From contig JBDSDR010000004.1 in NCBI GenBank assembly GCA_039920385.1, positions 20,125-84,124 on the forward strand: a DNA stretch of 64,000 nucleotides, written 5' to 3'. Below the pieces are notes generated by a model. It did no database searches. It was not told where the DNA came from and saw only the letters and a list, made by a program, of their open reading frames with translations. Positions 8,234-17,160 of this stretch are shown piece after piece. Each line of letters opens with the position of its first letter. Within the stretch, counting starts at the first letter, position 1. The stretch is from Candidatus Saccharimonadales bacterium. Its GTDB lineage: Bacteria; Patescibacteriota; Saccharimonadia; Saccharimonadales; JAUPVS01. Made by a program: the position numbers and the translations under genes.

Positions 8234-10656
8234 TGGCGCAAATTAGTTGCAACTTGCAAAGCCCAAGAGCCGCCAAAGCTCGATTCGGCGTACCGTTTGA
8301 TGCTAAGTTGATCAGGGTACTTGTATGGCTAGTAGTACTTGGTAGTTTAGTCGGCTGGTTCTGGGGGGTGTTTATTCAACACCAACTTGTTGCCCACCTG
8401 CTGTTTGCTCTAAGTGGCACGTTGGCTATACCGCTTTTTTGGTACTACGGTGAATTAAAGGAACTGGCACCAATTTATCGTGATGGCCAAACTATTGATA
8501 TTAGCGATTTGCTTAGCCGCCGAATGCTTGCCAAGATGCGCAAGGACATGACCCCGCAAGACTTAGCAAAAATGGTTGCCAACCAGCAGGGTGCTTATTT
8601 CTTTGGGGCGCGTTTTGGGGTTGGCCCTAACTTGATTCAAAACTTTTCGTCGCAGGATCCAGCTCAGCTTGATACAGTTTGGCAAAACGCTTTGGGGATT
8701 GTTCATAAAACTATGAGTGATCGGATTGACTCGGCTGTCATTGTGGCATCATTGGTCATGTCGATTCCGGGCTACGAACAGCACCTAGCCCAATTACAGC
8801 TTGATATGGATGACATCTTATCTGGTGTCGGTTGGCGTCATCATATGCGCGAGATGCGTGATCGCTATCGTGAGAAACGTCATTATGGTGGTATCGGCCG
8901 AGATCTTGGGTTTGGCTGGGCGCCAATCTTGAACCACGTTGGCTTTAACATAACAAACTCAATCCAAACTGGCGGCATCCTGCGCCGACAGGTGGAGAGC
9001 CGAGTCCAAACAATCGACCAAATTATCCACTTGCTTGGTCAGCCCGGTAGGCGAAATGCCGTCTTAGTCGGCGAAGTCGGCGTAGGCAAGACAACACTCG
9101 TTTATACGGTTGCTCAAAAGTTATTGCAAAGTCCAAAATCGGTGCCTTCGACTCTTCGTTATCAGCAAGTGATCGAACTTGATGCTGCCCGTTTGATAGC
9201 AAGTGCTAAAGGGCGTGGGCAATTAGAGGAATTACTGATACATATATTTAACGAAGCCATAAACGCTAAAAACGTTATAATTTTTTTGGATGAAGCCCAA
9301 CTCTTTTTGCGAGAAGGAACTGGTGCCGTCGACCTTTCCAATATCCTTTTGCCAGTCCTAGAGGGAGGGGCTCTTAAAATTGTCTTAGCGCTTGATAATC
9401 AGGAATGGCTGCGGTTGGCTCAGGTCAATCCCGGTCTAGTCCAATCGCTTAACCGGGTAGTAGTTAACCCGTTGGGCTTTGAAGAAACGGTCAAGATTAT
9501 TGAGGACCAAACTCTGCTTATCGAGGGCAAGCATCAGATAGTACTGATGAACCAGGCTATCAAAGAGGCCTACAAACTGGCCGAACGTTTTATTCATGAA
9601 CAGGCCTTCCCAGGCAAGGCCCTCAAGTTACTTGATGCAGCGGCTGGTTTTCCGGAACAGAAGACTTTCGTGACAGCTCGGTCCGTCCAGGAAGCAGTTG
9701 AGAAAACCTTTGATATTAAAGTCCAAACTGCCAGCACGTTTGAAGAAAAAGATACTTTGTTAAATCTTGAAGCCAAAATTCACGAGAGAATGATTAATCA
9801 GACCCGCGCCGTCAAGCTAGTTAGCGATGCTCTGCGGCGAGCCCGAACTGGCGTATCTAATCAAAGTAAACCAATCGGTACGTTTCTGTTTCTGGGGCCA
9901 ACCGGTGTCGGTAAGACAGAATTATCTAAAGCTTTAGCTGACGTCTATTTTGGCGGTGAGCAAAAAATAGTTAGAATCGATCTGAACGAATTTTCTCATG
10001 CCGATGATACTAACCGCTTGCTAGCAGTTGGCGCCAACGATCCCTATAGTCTTTGCGCCCAAATTGCGAAACAGCCATTTAGTGTAGTTTTGCTGGATGA
10101 AATCGAAAAAGCTCACCCCAATGTGCTGAATTTACTGCTCCAAATGCTTGACGAAGGTATGCTGCGGGATGCCGCAAATAAGCCAATTAGCTTCAGGGAT
10201 TCGATTATTATTGCTACCAGTAATGCGGGCGCCGATAAGATTAGGGCTCATATTGAGCAAGGTCAACAACTTGAGCAGTTTGAAGAAGATTTTGTAAACG
10301 AGCTTATTGACGAGCAGGTTTTCCGCCCAGAGTTTATTAACCGTTTCGACGAAATAATACTATTCCGCCCCCTAACAAAGCCAGAATTAATGCAAGTCGT
10401 TGATTTGCTTATGAACGGTATCAATAAGGGCTTAGCATCACGCAAAATTACTGTTTCGCTGACAGAGGCGGCTAAAGGTCTTTTAGTTGACAAGGGTTAC
10501 GACCCTCGACTAGGCGCCCGCCCGTTGCGGCGTGTTGTTCAGCGCTCTGTCGAAAACGTGGTGGCGCACCGACTTCTGTCGGGGGGAGTAACGCCGGGAC
10601 AAGTACTGCAACTCGATGCCCCCGAGCTACAGACCTCGTTGGATGAGCGCCACTAA
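8233..10656 (+). CDS. membrane-anchored two-ring Clp/Hsp100-type AAA+ ATPase (ClpA/B/C-like)
   Basis: Two strongly hydrophobic N-terminal segments (LIRVLVWLVVLGSLVGWFWGVFI and LVAHLLFALSGTLAIPLFWYYG). D1 Walker A GEVGVGKTT and Walker B IIFLDEAQLF. D2 Walker A LGPTGVGKTELSKALA, Walker B VVLLDEIEKAHPNV and sensor region RPEFINRFDEII. No canonical Clp_N domain and no long M-domain coiled coil. Confidence 0.85.
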   Translation: MAQISCNLQSPRAAKARFGVPFDAKLIRVLVWLVVLGSLVGWFWGVFIQHQLVAHLLFALSGTLAIPLFWYYGELKELAPIYRDGQTIDISDLLSRRMLAKMRKDMTPQDLAKMVANQQGAYFFGARFGVGPNLIQNFSSQDPAQLDTVWQNALGIVHKTMSDRIDSAVIVASLVMSIPGYEQHLAQLQLDMDDILSGVGWRHHMREMRDRYREKRHYGGIGRDLGFGWAPILNHVGFNITNSIQTGGILRRQVESRVQTIDQIIHLLGQPGRRNAVLVGEVGVGKTTLVYTVAQKLLQSPKSVPSTLRYQQVIELDAARLIASAKGRGQLEELLIHIFNEAINAKNVIIFLDEAQLFLREGTGAVDLSNILLPVLEGGALKIVLALDNQEWLRLAQVNPGLVQSLNRVVVNPLGFEETVKIIEDQTLLIEGKHQIVLMNQAIKEAYKLAERFIHEQAFPGKALKLLDAAAGFPEQKTFVTARSVQEAVEKTFDIKVQTASTFEEKDTLLNLEAKIHERMINQTRAVKLVSDALRRARTGVSNQSKPIGTFLFLGPTGVGKTELSKALADVYFGGEQKIVRIDLNEFSHADDTNRLLAVGANDPYSLCAQIAKQPFSVVLLDEIEKAHPNVLNLLLQMLDEGMLRDAANKPISFRDSIIIATSNAGADKIRAHIEQGQQLEQFEEDFVNELIDEQVFRPEFINRFDEIILFRPLTKPELMQVVDLLMNGINKGLASRKITVSLTEAAKGLLVDKGYDPRLGARPLRRVVQRSVENVVAHRLLSGGVTPGQVLQLDAPELQTSLDERH

Positions 10657-10687
10657 AGCTTCCTATCTGTTATAATAGCTGGGACTT

Positions 10688-10762
10688 GCGGGATTCGTAT
10701 AGCGGTTAATATAAAAGTTTTCCAAACTTTGGACACCGGTTCGACTCCGGTATCCCGCACCA
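10688..10762 (+). tRNA. tRNA-Gly (anticodon TCC)
   Basis: Acceptor GCGGGAT/ATCCCGC. Anticodon stem AAAGT/ACTTT with loop TTTCCAA. T-arm ACCGG-TTCGACT-CCGGT. Encoded CCA. A TTATAAT -10 element lies just upstream. Confidence 0.85.
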
Positions 10763-10770
10763 AGTCATTC

Positions 10771-10847
10771 GCCCTGGTAGCTCAGTTGGATAGAGCAGGA
10801 GACTTCTAAGCTCAAGGTCGCTGGTTCGAATCCAGCCCGGGGCACCA
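10771..10847 (+). tRNA. tRNA-Arg (anticodon TCT), with an unusually weak anticodon stem
   Basis: Acceptor GCCCTGG/CCGGGGC with one G-U pair. D-arm GCTC-AGTTGGATA-GAGC. Loop CTTCTAA. T-arm GCTGG-TTCGAAT-CCAGC. CCA encoded. The 27-43 and 31-39 positions are mismatched (GGAGA/GCTCA), which lowers confidence in function and identity. Confidence 0.65.
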
Positions 10848-10903
10848 GCGTTGTAAAAACAAGTAGTTTAGGGTATAATCACCTCTGTTTTCAGTATAAA
10901 TTT

Positions 10904-10981
10904 GGCGGGTGTAGCTCATCTGGTTAGAGCGCCGGGTTGTGGTTCCGGAGGTAGTGGGTTCGATCCCCATCACTCGCCCCA
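10904..10981 (+). tRNA. tRNA-His (anticodon GTG) with a genomically encoded G-1
   Basis: Extra 5' G pairs with discriminator C. Acceptor GCGGGTG/CACTCGC. Anticodon stem CCGGG/TCCGG with loop TTGTGGT. T-arm GTGGG-TTCGATC-CCCAT. CCA encoded. TATAAT -10 element about 25 nt upstream. Confidence 0.85.
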
Positions 10982-10990
10982 AATAAAATA

Positions 10991-11016
10991 GGTCAGCCGC
11001 GGCTGGCCTTTTTTAT
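10991..11016 (+). terminator. rho-independent terminator after the tRNA cluster
   Basis: GGTCAGCC..GGCTGGCC hairpin followed by TTTTTT. Confidence 0.6.
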
Positions 11017-11032
11017 TTGGTATGATTAAGGT

Positions 11033-11575
11033 ATGAATACTTACATCGCTTTTTTGCGCGGGATTAATGTCGGCGGTAATAATATGCTCAAGATGCAAGA
11101 CTTAAAAGACTGCCTCGAAAAGAATGGTTACAGCAATGTCCGTACTTATATTCAGAGCGGCAATGTAATACTCGACTCATCTAAAGGTCATGCCGCTGTA
11201 GTGACAGATCTAAAGGCACTTATTAAGAAGGAGTTTGCCATGGACCTGGGCGTAGCAGTTTTTACTGACAAAGAATGGGTTAAAGTAGTCAAAGATGCTC
11301 CAAAAGATTGGGGCAAAGACCCGACTATTTGGCGGCACAACATTTTAATTCTTCTAGAGCCATACGATATGAAGCAAGCCATGAAGGATTTTGGTTTTCC
11401 CAAACCAGACATTGAGGCGCTAACAGAAGGCGACGGTGTTATGTACCAGTCAGGCTCGATAGCCGATAGGGGGCGGACTACCTATAGCAAAATAGTCGGC
11501 AAGCCAATTTATAAACAGTTAACCATCAGAAACTATAATACGGCGCTCAAGATAGCTACTTTATTTCAAGACTAA
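11033..11575 (+). CDS. DUF1697 family protein
   Basis: N-terminus MNTYIAFLRGINVGGNNMLKMQDLKDCLEKNGYSNVRTYIQSGNVIL matches the DUF1697 signature (FLRGINVGG...L...G...V.TYIQSGN). Confidence 0.75.
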   Translation: MNTYIAFLRGINVGGNNMLKMQDLKDCLEKNGYSNVRTYIQSGNVILDSSKGHAAVVTDLKALIKKEFAMDLGVAVFTDKEWVKVVKDAPKDWGKDPTIWRHNILILLEPYDMKQAMKDFGFPKPDIEALTEGDGVMYQSGSIADRGRTTYSKIVGKPIYKQLTIRNYNTALKIATLFQD

Positions 11576-13095
11576 AATTCGTGTAGAACGGTAATTTTAG
11601 CACCTAATGAGTTTAGCCGATCGGCTAAATCTTCGTAGCCACGATTTATGGTGTAAACATTGCGTAGCATCGAAGTGCCGGGAGCCGAAAGCATACCGAT
11701 TAGGATCATAACGGCTGGTCTAATACCGCTTGGGCAAACCATATCGGCTGCCTTGAAGCGAGTTGGACCAGTTATGAAGACACGATGTGGATCGGCCAAT
11801 TCAACGTTGACGCCAATCTTTTTCATTTCGGTATACATTAGGGCCCGGTCTTCGTAGACCCAGTCGTGAATTAAAGTCCTACCACGAGCCACAGCGGCGA
11901 TTGGTACGAAGTAAGGGAGGTGGTCAATATTAAGGCCAGGAAAAATATTAGGATGAATCTTATCGGCCGGTGCTTGCAAACTACCATTATGTTTTTGAAC
12001 TTCTAGGTCAACTAAGTCTGTATGGCCATTTTCGGCTTTATAAGTTTCGGTAATTGTATAACCAAGGCCCATTTTTTCGAGCTTTAAAAGTTCTAGTTCC
12101 ATGAATTCAATCGGTACACGCTTGATGGTGATGGCTGAGTTAGTGGTAATGGCAGCCGCCAAGAAGGTCATTGCTTCAACCGGGTCTTCGCTCGGCGCGT
12201 AAGTAATATTCTTTTTAATCTCTTTAAGACCATGTACGTGTAGGGTACTACTGCCAATGCCGGTTATTTTGATACCCAGCTTCTGTAAGTAGAAGCAGAG
12301 GTCTTGGACCATATAGTTAGCGCTAGCCATTTTAATAACCGTTTCACCTTCGGTGCAAGCTGCCGCCATTAATAAGTTTTCGGTAGTTGTGTCGCCAGAC
12401 TCGTATAGGACAACCGGGCGAGTAGGTAGGTGCTTATTAACGGTTACATGATAGTGGCCCGTACGAGTAAAGACATCGACGCCAAACTCTTGTAGCCCAT
12501 ATAAATGAGGGAGAACAGTCCGCCGGCCCAGTTCGCAGCCGCCAGCATATGGGATTTTGAAGTCATTAAGGGAGTGCATCAGCGGGCCAATAAACATAAT
12601 TACGCTGCGGGTTTTACGGGCCGCGACCTTGTTCATTTTTTCAATATCAAACACCGCCGGTGGTTTAATTTCTAAATCATTGCCGGGCAACCAGCGCACA
12701 TGTACACCTATACTTAGGAGGACTTCAATTAACCGGTTAACCTCTTCAATCCGGGCGACGTTTTTGAGTTTGGTAGTACCCTTGTTGAGGAGGCTGGCGC
12801 AGATTAAGGCAACAGCAGCATTTTTACTTGTTTTAAGGGTAATCTCGCCATGTAATTCGTGCCCTCCCTCAATATGCAAATTAACAGCTCCTTCGCTGAT
12901 GCTAATCAACGGTTTTTGCAGAACTTCACTAATTCGGCCAAGAGTTTCTAGGCTGAGATTTTGTTTGCCGTGTTCGATTCGGTTAACGGCTGACTGGCTG
13001 GTACTGAGTCGACGAGCGAACTCAGCTTGAGTTAGGCCACGCTCTTGTCTTATTTGGTAAATAAGTTGGCCAATTTTTTGATTTGTTTCGGACAT
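11572..13095 (-). CDS. murA: UDP-N-acetylglucosamine 1-carboxyvinyltransferase (MurA) fused to an N-terminal XRE-family HTH domain
   Basis: N-terminal roughly 70 aa read as an XRE HTH (GLTQAEFARRLSTSQSAVNRIEHGKQNLSLETL). The remaining roughly 430 aa are an EPSP-synthase fold carrying the MurA catalytic Cys loop (PYAGGCELGRRTVLPHL, compare E. coli LPGGCAIGARPVDLHI). Continuous ORF of 507 aa versus roughly 420 for canonical MurA. Confidence 0.85.
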   Translation of the reverse strand: MSETNQKIGQLIYQIRQERGLTQAEFARRLSTSQSAVNRIEHGKQNLSLETLGRISEVLQKPLISISEGAVNLHIEGGHELHGEITLKTSKNAAVALICASLLNKGTTKLKNVARIEEVNRLIEVLLSIGVHVRWLPGNDLEIKPPAVFDIEKMNKVAARKTRSVIMFIGPLMHSLNDFKIPYAGGCELGRRTVLPHLYGLQEFGVDVFTRTGHYHVTVNKHLPTRPVVLYESGDTTTENLLMAAACTEGETVIKMASANYMVQDLCFYLQKLGIKITGIGSSTLHVHGLKEIKKNITYAPSEDPVEAMTFLAAAITTNSAITIKRVPIEFMELELLKLEKMGLGYTITETYKAENGHTDLVDLEVQKHNGSLQAPADKIHPNIFPGLNIDHLPYFVPIAAVARGRTLIHDWVYEDRALMYTEMKKIGVNVELADPHRVFITGPTRFKAADMVCPSGIRPAVMILIGMLSAPGTSMLRNVYTINRGYEDLADRLNSLGAKITVLHEF

Positions 13096-13172
13096 GTTTC
13101 TCTATTATATACCCCGCAAGGTATTTTAAAAGTACTTTTTGGTTTAGTTACATTGTCATCTACAATAGGGAT

Positions 13173-14450
13173 ATGCAGGATACAATTATCGCCAAATTGA
13201 TTAAGGCCGAAGAAAAACGCCAGCGCGAAGGTCTAGAACTTATACCGTCTGAAAACTATGTAACGCGCGACATTTTAACGGCTATGGGCAGTGTTTTTAC
13301 CAACAAATACTCCGAAGGTTACCCTGGTAAACGTTATTACGGTGGCCAAGAGAACACCGATCAAGTCGAACAGCTGGCAATTGATCGAGCAAAAAAACTG
13401 TTTAACTGTGCCCATGCTAATGTTCAGCCGCACTCTGGTGCCCAGGCCAACGAAGCTGTTTATCATGCTTGGCTGGAGCCTGGCGACACAGTTTTAGCGA
13501 TGGACTTGGGCCATGGTGGGCACTTAACGCACGGCCATCCAGTCACTGTATTGGCTCGGCAATATAACTTTATTCGCTACAAAATGAAAAATATCGAAAC
13601 TGGTGAGATCGATTATGATGAACTTCGAGAGCTTGCCCAAAAACACAAACCAAAAATTATCTTGGCCGGCTTTAGTGCATACCCGCGCGAACTTGATTAC
13701 GCTAAGTTCGCCGAAATTGGTAACGAAGTTGGCGCCATGTTAATGGCCGATATGGCGCATATCGCTGGCTTAATTGCCGGTAAGGTCGCCAAGAATCCTT
13801 TTGACTACGGATTCCACGTTATTACAACTACAACTCATAAGACTCTCCGGGGCCCGCGTGGCGGTATGATTCTAAGCCAGGGAACGGTCGGCAACCCGCT
13901 TAAAAAGGTTGAGAAAACTCTAGATAACTTACCGACATTAATTGATAGAATGGTTTTCCCGGGAGTACAGGGCGGCCCCCACGAACATATTATCGCTGCT
14001 AAGGCGGTGGCTTTTGGCGAGGCTCTTAAGCCAGAATTTCATGACTATGCTCAACAGATATTACTCAACGCCAAGCGACTTAGCCAGGAACTGCTTAAGC
14101 AAGGTTTTAGTTTAGTTACTGGTGGGACCGACAACCATCTAATGTTAGCTGATGTTTATAAGGCTTTTGGTGTCGACGGTAAAGTTGTTGAAGAAGCACT
14201 CGATAAAATTGGCTTAACTCTCAATAAAAATGCCGTTGCTGACGACCCGCTACCACCATTTAAACCAAGTGGTATTCGTTTAGGGACGCCAGCGATTACC
14301 ACACGGGGCCTAAAAGAAGACGATATGGCATTAATAGCCAGCTGGATGAAGCAGGCAATTGAGTCACGGGATGATCCGACAGCTCTCGAAGCTTTGCGCC
14401 AAACCGTTAAAGCCTTTGCTTTAAAATTCCCACTACCGAGCGACAGCTAA
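13173..14450 (+). CDS. glyA: serine hydroxymethyltransferase
   Basis: The internal ATG at 13173 (MQDTIIAKLIKAEEKRQREGLELIPSENYV) is the likely start. The track start at 13083 overlaps murA. PLP region HLTHGH..TTTTHKTLRGPRGG. Confidence 0.9.
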   Translation: MQDTIIAKLIKAEEKRQREGLELIPSENYVTRDILTAMGSVFTNKYSEGYPGKRYYGGQENTDQVEQLAIDRAKKLFNCAHANVQPHSGAQANEAVYHAWLEPGDTVLAMDLGHGGHLTHGHPVTVLARQYNFIRYKMKNIETGEIDYDELRELAQKHKPKIILAGFSAYPRELDYAKFAEIGNEVGAMLMADMAHIAGLIAGKVAKNPFDYGFHVITTTTHKTLRGPRGGMILSQGTVGNPLKKVEKTLDNLPTLIDRMVFPGVQGGPHEHIIAAKAVAFGEALKPEFHDYAQQILLNAKRLSQELLKQGFSLVTGGTDNHLMLADVYKAFGVDGKVVEEALDKIGLTLNKNAVADDPLPPFKPSGIRLGTPAITTRGLKEDDMALIASWMKQAIESRDDPTALEALRQTVKAFALKFPLPSDS

Positions 14451-15493
14451 GAAAAGTCACCCAAAAAACGTACTTCTGGCTCTAGCGTAATACCGAGCTT
14501 TTGACTGACAGTGCTAATAATCTCTTGGACAACTTCATAAATCTCTTGAGCGGTTGCCTGGCCAACATTTTCGATCTTTAGAATGTGATCAGGGTGTAGT
14601 CTTACTTGGCCCCAAGTTTGTCCTCGATTAAAACCAGCTGCCAATAAAACATGAGCGGCCGAGACACGCACACTGCTACCGCCATGGATCTGATTTTGGC
14701 GTAGCAATTGTTGTTTTGTAATGCCTGACTCATCGTAAGAGATGATTGTCTCGACCTGATCGGGTGTTACCACCGGGTTTTTAAAAAAGGAGCCAGCTGT
14801 CCAGGGTCCTTTACTGTTAGTCGAAACTAAGGAACCAGCTCGCCTACGGGTTTCTAAAATAATTGTTCGGCGATTAGCCAGACTGTTAGCTTCTAAGTGG
14901 AGTTCGGAAGCAATTTTTAAAGCCGAGTCATATTCTAAGGGGCCAACCGCGGTTGGTGAAAGTTGGAAAGTGGCATCAAGCACGACTAGTTTACTGTTCT
15001 GTGGTTTTTGTAGGGCGCTTGTTCGGTAGCCGAACTCAAAAGCCTCATTTTCCCAGCTGGTAACAGTACCGGTTTCGGTGTTAAGTATAGTGGCGCCCAC
15101 CAGGCTATCGGCTACTGCATGCCCATAAGCCGCAATATTACCAATCACTGCTGCGCCAGTGCTGCCGGGCACGCCACTAGTAAACTCTAACCCATATAAG
15201 CCCAGCTCAATCAGCTTTTGAATAAAATCGTCCCAAAGCACGCCGCTATCAACTTTTATGGTCGTGGCGTTCAGTTGTTTAATGTGACCCCCCTGGTTCA
15301 TGACAACCGTACCATCCAGACCTTTATCGGAAATTAAACTATTTGTGCCGTAGCCGATAACCCAAATTGGTGACCCGGCTTCCATAACAACACTTTGGAG
15401 ATCTTGACCCGAAGTTTGTATAAAGTTTTTGGCCATGCCACCTACACGCAAAGACGTATAAGGCGCCAGCTCAACATTATGTTGGACATTCAT
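14447..15493 (-). CDS. murB: UDP-N-acetylenolpyruvoylglucosamine reductase (MurB)
   Basis: FAD-binding N-terminus (LAPYTSLRVGGMAKNF...VIGYGTNSL) and a MurB C-terminal domain. 348 aa. Confidence 0.85.
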   Translation of the reverse strand: MNVQHNVELAPYTSLRVGGMAKNFIQTSGQDLQSVVMEAGSPIWVIGYGTNSLISDKGLDGTVVMNQGGHIKQLNATTIKVDSGVLWDDFIQKLIELGLYGLEFTSGVPGSTGAAVIGNIAAYGHAVADSLVGATILNTETGTVTSWENEAFEFGYRTSALQKPQNSKLVVLDATFQLSPTAVGPLEYDSALKIASELHLEANSLANRRTIILETRRRAGSLVSTNSKGPWTAGSFFKNPVVTPDQVETIISYDESGITKQQLLRQNQIHGGSSVRVSAAHVLLAAGFNRGQTWGQVRLHPDHILKIENVGQATAQEIYEVVQEIISTVSQKLGITLEPEVRFLGDFS

Positions 15494-15553
15494 TAACCAT
15501 TATTATACGGCTTTTGCTTGCAATGACTAGGCGGGGGCCGTAACATAGAATTA

Positions 15554-16090
15554 ATGAGTGAGCCAAAACACAATATAACACCGTACAAACGTCTTGGTTT
15601 TCGGTTAAAAAAACTGCGCGAAACGTCACATCAAAGCTTGGCCGAAGTATCGGGAGCTGTCGAAATTGAGCCAGAAAACTTAGCTAGCATCGAAAACGGT
15701 GAGTACCGACCCAGTGAAGATGTTTTATTGCTACTGATTAGCCATTTTGACCCCAAAGAAGATGAAGCCGTCCGTATATGGGAATTAGCCGGATATGACG
15801 AGAGGCCAACAACAGCGGATGAGTCAGCAAATACCAAGCCAATTATTATGATGGTGCAGCCCGATAACCGAGTTATTTATAGTGACGCCGTGAATGTTGT
15901 CGGTGGCCCTCAAGGTTTTGTCATAAACTTCTTACAAACCCAGGGTAAAGGTGAGGCGCTAGCTATCTCGCGAGTTGGTATGAGCCGCGAACAGGCCTTT
16001 AAGGTCTTTGAAGCAATTGGCCAAAGTTTGCAAAGTAAAACATCTGAGCCTAGACTCTTGCCAAGCCCCAGAGACAGCGTAGATGATTAA
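15554..16090 (+). CDS. XRE-family HTH DNA-binding protein with an uncharacterised C-terminal domain
   Basis: LGFRLKKLRETSHQSLAEVSGAVEIEPENLASIENGEYRPSEDVL is an XRE HTH. The C-terminal roughly 100 aa are unassigned. Confidence 0.7.
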   Translation: MSEPKHNITPYKRLGFRLKKLRETSHQSLAEVSGAVEIEPENLASIENGEYRPSEDVLLLLISHFDPKEDEAVRIWELAGYDERPTTADESANTKPIIMMVQPDNRVIYSDAVNVVGGPQGFVINFLQTQGKGEALAISRVGMSREQAFKVFEAIGQSLQSKTSEPRLLPSPRDSVDD

Positions 16091-16205
16091 CCATTGCATA
16101 ATAACCTAGAACTTTATAACCATCAGTGCGTACGCTTAGCTGAAAATTCGATAGTTTTACAACAACAATCGGTAATTAATTATTTGCGCTATACTGGTAG
16201 GGAAG

Positions 16206-16832
16206 ATGGTTAAAAAAATAGTATCTCTAAAAGCTTGGACGCTCGATAGAACCTGGCCCTTTATATTGGCAATTGGTGGGGTGATTGGGCTATTCGCATC
16301 ACTGGAGATTACGCTAGATAAGATTAACCTTTTGGCTAACCCTAAGTTTGTCCCCAACTGCGACATCAATCCCATAATTAGTTGTGGTTCAGTCATGAAT
16401 ACGCCGCAAGCCAGCGTCTTTGGGATTATGAATTCACTGATTGGCGTGATGGCTTTTGCAATTGTTATGACTATTGGTTTTACGCTGTTGGCGGGGGCCT
16501 CATACACTAAAATAAAACGTTGGTTCTGGGTAGCTTTACAGCTTGGCACCATCTTTGGGCTAGGGTTTGTTCACTGGCTAATATTCCAGACAATTTACCG
16601 AATTGGCGCGCTCTGCCCTTACTGTATGGTTGTGTGGTCAGTTATGATACCAATTTTTTGGTATACCACTCTATACAACCTTCGCTCAGGGGTGATTGCT
16701 ACACCAAAACCTCTAAAAGGGCTGGTAGTATTTTTGCAGAAACACCATGGCGATGTCATAGTGGTATGGTTTCTAGCCATTCTAACCATGATCCTGACGC
16801 ATTTTTGGTATTATTGGAAAACTCTAATTTAA
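16206..16832 (+). CDS. vitamin K epoxide reductase (VKOR) family thiol-disulfide oxidoreductase
   Basis: Polytopic. Loop Cys pair (CDINPIISC) and a TM CxxC active site (CPYC). This is the VKOR/DsbB-analogue architecture typical of monoderm and actinobacterial-type envelopes. Confidence 0.75.
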   Translation: MVKKIVSLKAWTLDRTWPFILAIGGVIGLFASLEITLDKINLLANPKFVPNCDINPIISCGSVMNTPQASVFGIMNSLIGVMAFAIVMTIGFTLLAGASYTKIKRWFWVALQLGTIFGLGFVHWLIFQTIYRIGALCPYCMVVWSVMIPIFWYTTLYNLRSGVIATPKPLKGLVVFLQKHHGDVIVVWFLAILTMILTHFWYYWKTLI

Positions 16833-16912
16833 CAATAGTTCTTAATAAGTGATTAAAATCACGGCAATTTATTCAGCTTTCTTTTACTATTAGTATGTAA
16901 AGGGAGGGAAGC

Positions 16913-16999
16913 ATGAATAAATCAGGCATAAAAGATGACAAGCAGGATCAGGCAACCACCCGGCGGCGTAAATTTTGGCAACACTTTATCGAGTATTAA
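16913..16999 (+). CDS. 28-aa basic peptide with a near-perfect Shine-Dalgarno
   Basis: AAGGGAGGGAAGC ATG. Translation MNKSGIKDDKQDQATTRRRKFWQHFIEY. Lies immediately upstream of the tRNA-Arg promoter. Too short for the ORF track. Confidence 0.3.
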   Translation: MNKSGIKDDKQDQATTRRRKFWQHFIEY

Positions 17000-17040
17000 G
17001 TTCTTCTCTGGTGCTAATCTGTTATAATAGGGCTCGATAT

Positions 17041-17117
17041 GTGCCCGTAGCTCAGTGGATTAGAGCATCTGTCTTCGGAACAGAGGGTCGGGGGTTCGAA
17101 TCCCTCCGGGCACACCA
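17041..17117 (+). tRNA. tRNA-Arg (anticodon TCG)
   Basis: Acceptor GTGCCCG/CGGGCAC. Anticodon stem TCTGT/ACAGA with loop CTTCGGA. T-arm GGGGG-TTCGAAT-CCCTC. CCA encoded. TTATAAT -10 element about 12 nt upstream. Confidence 0.85.
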
Positions 17118-17130
17118 GATTAATATTCCT

Positions 17131-17160
17131 AGCAACAGCTAGGTTTTTTATTTTTTATGA
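17131..17160. terminator. hairpin plus T-run terminator between the tRNA-Arg and a convergent gene end
   Basis: CCTAGC-aaca-GCTAGG followed by TTTTTTATTTTTT. Confidence 0.6.

Noticed and set aside
12557-13030. 157-aa plus-strand ORF inside murA
   Set aside because: It is antisense to the HTH-MurA ORF and has the Arg/Ser/Leu-rich composition typical of antisense frames. The MurA motifs unambiguously fix the minus strand.
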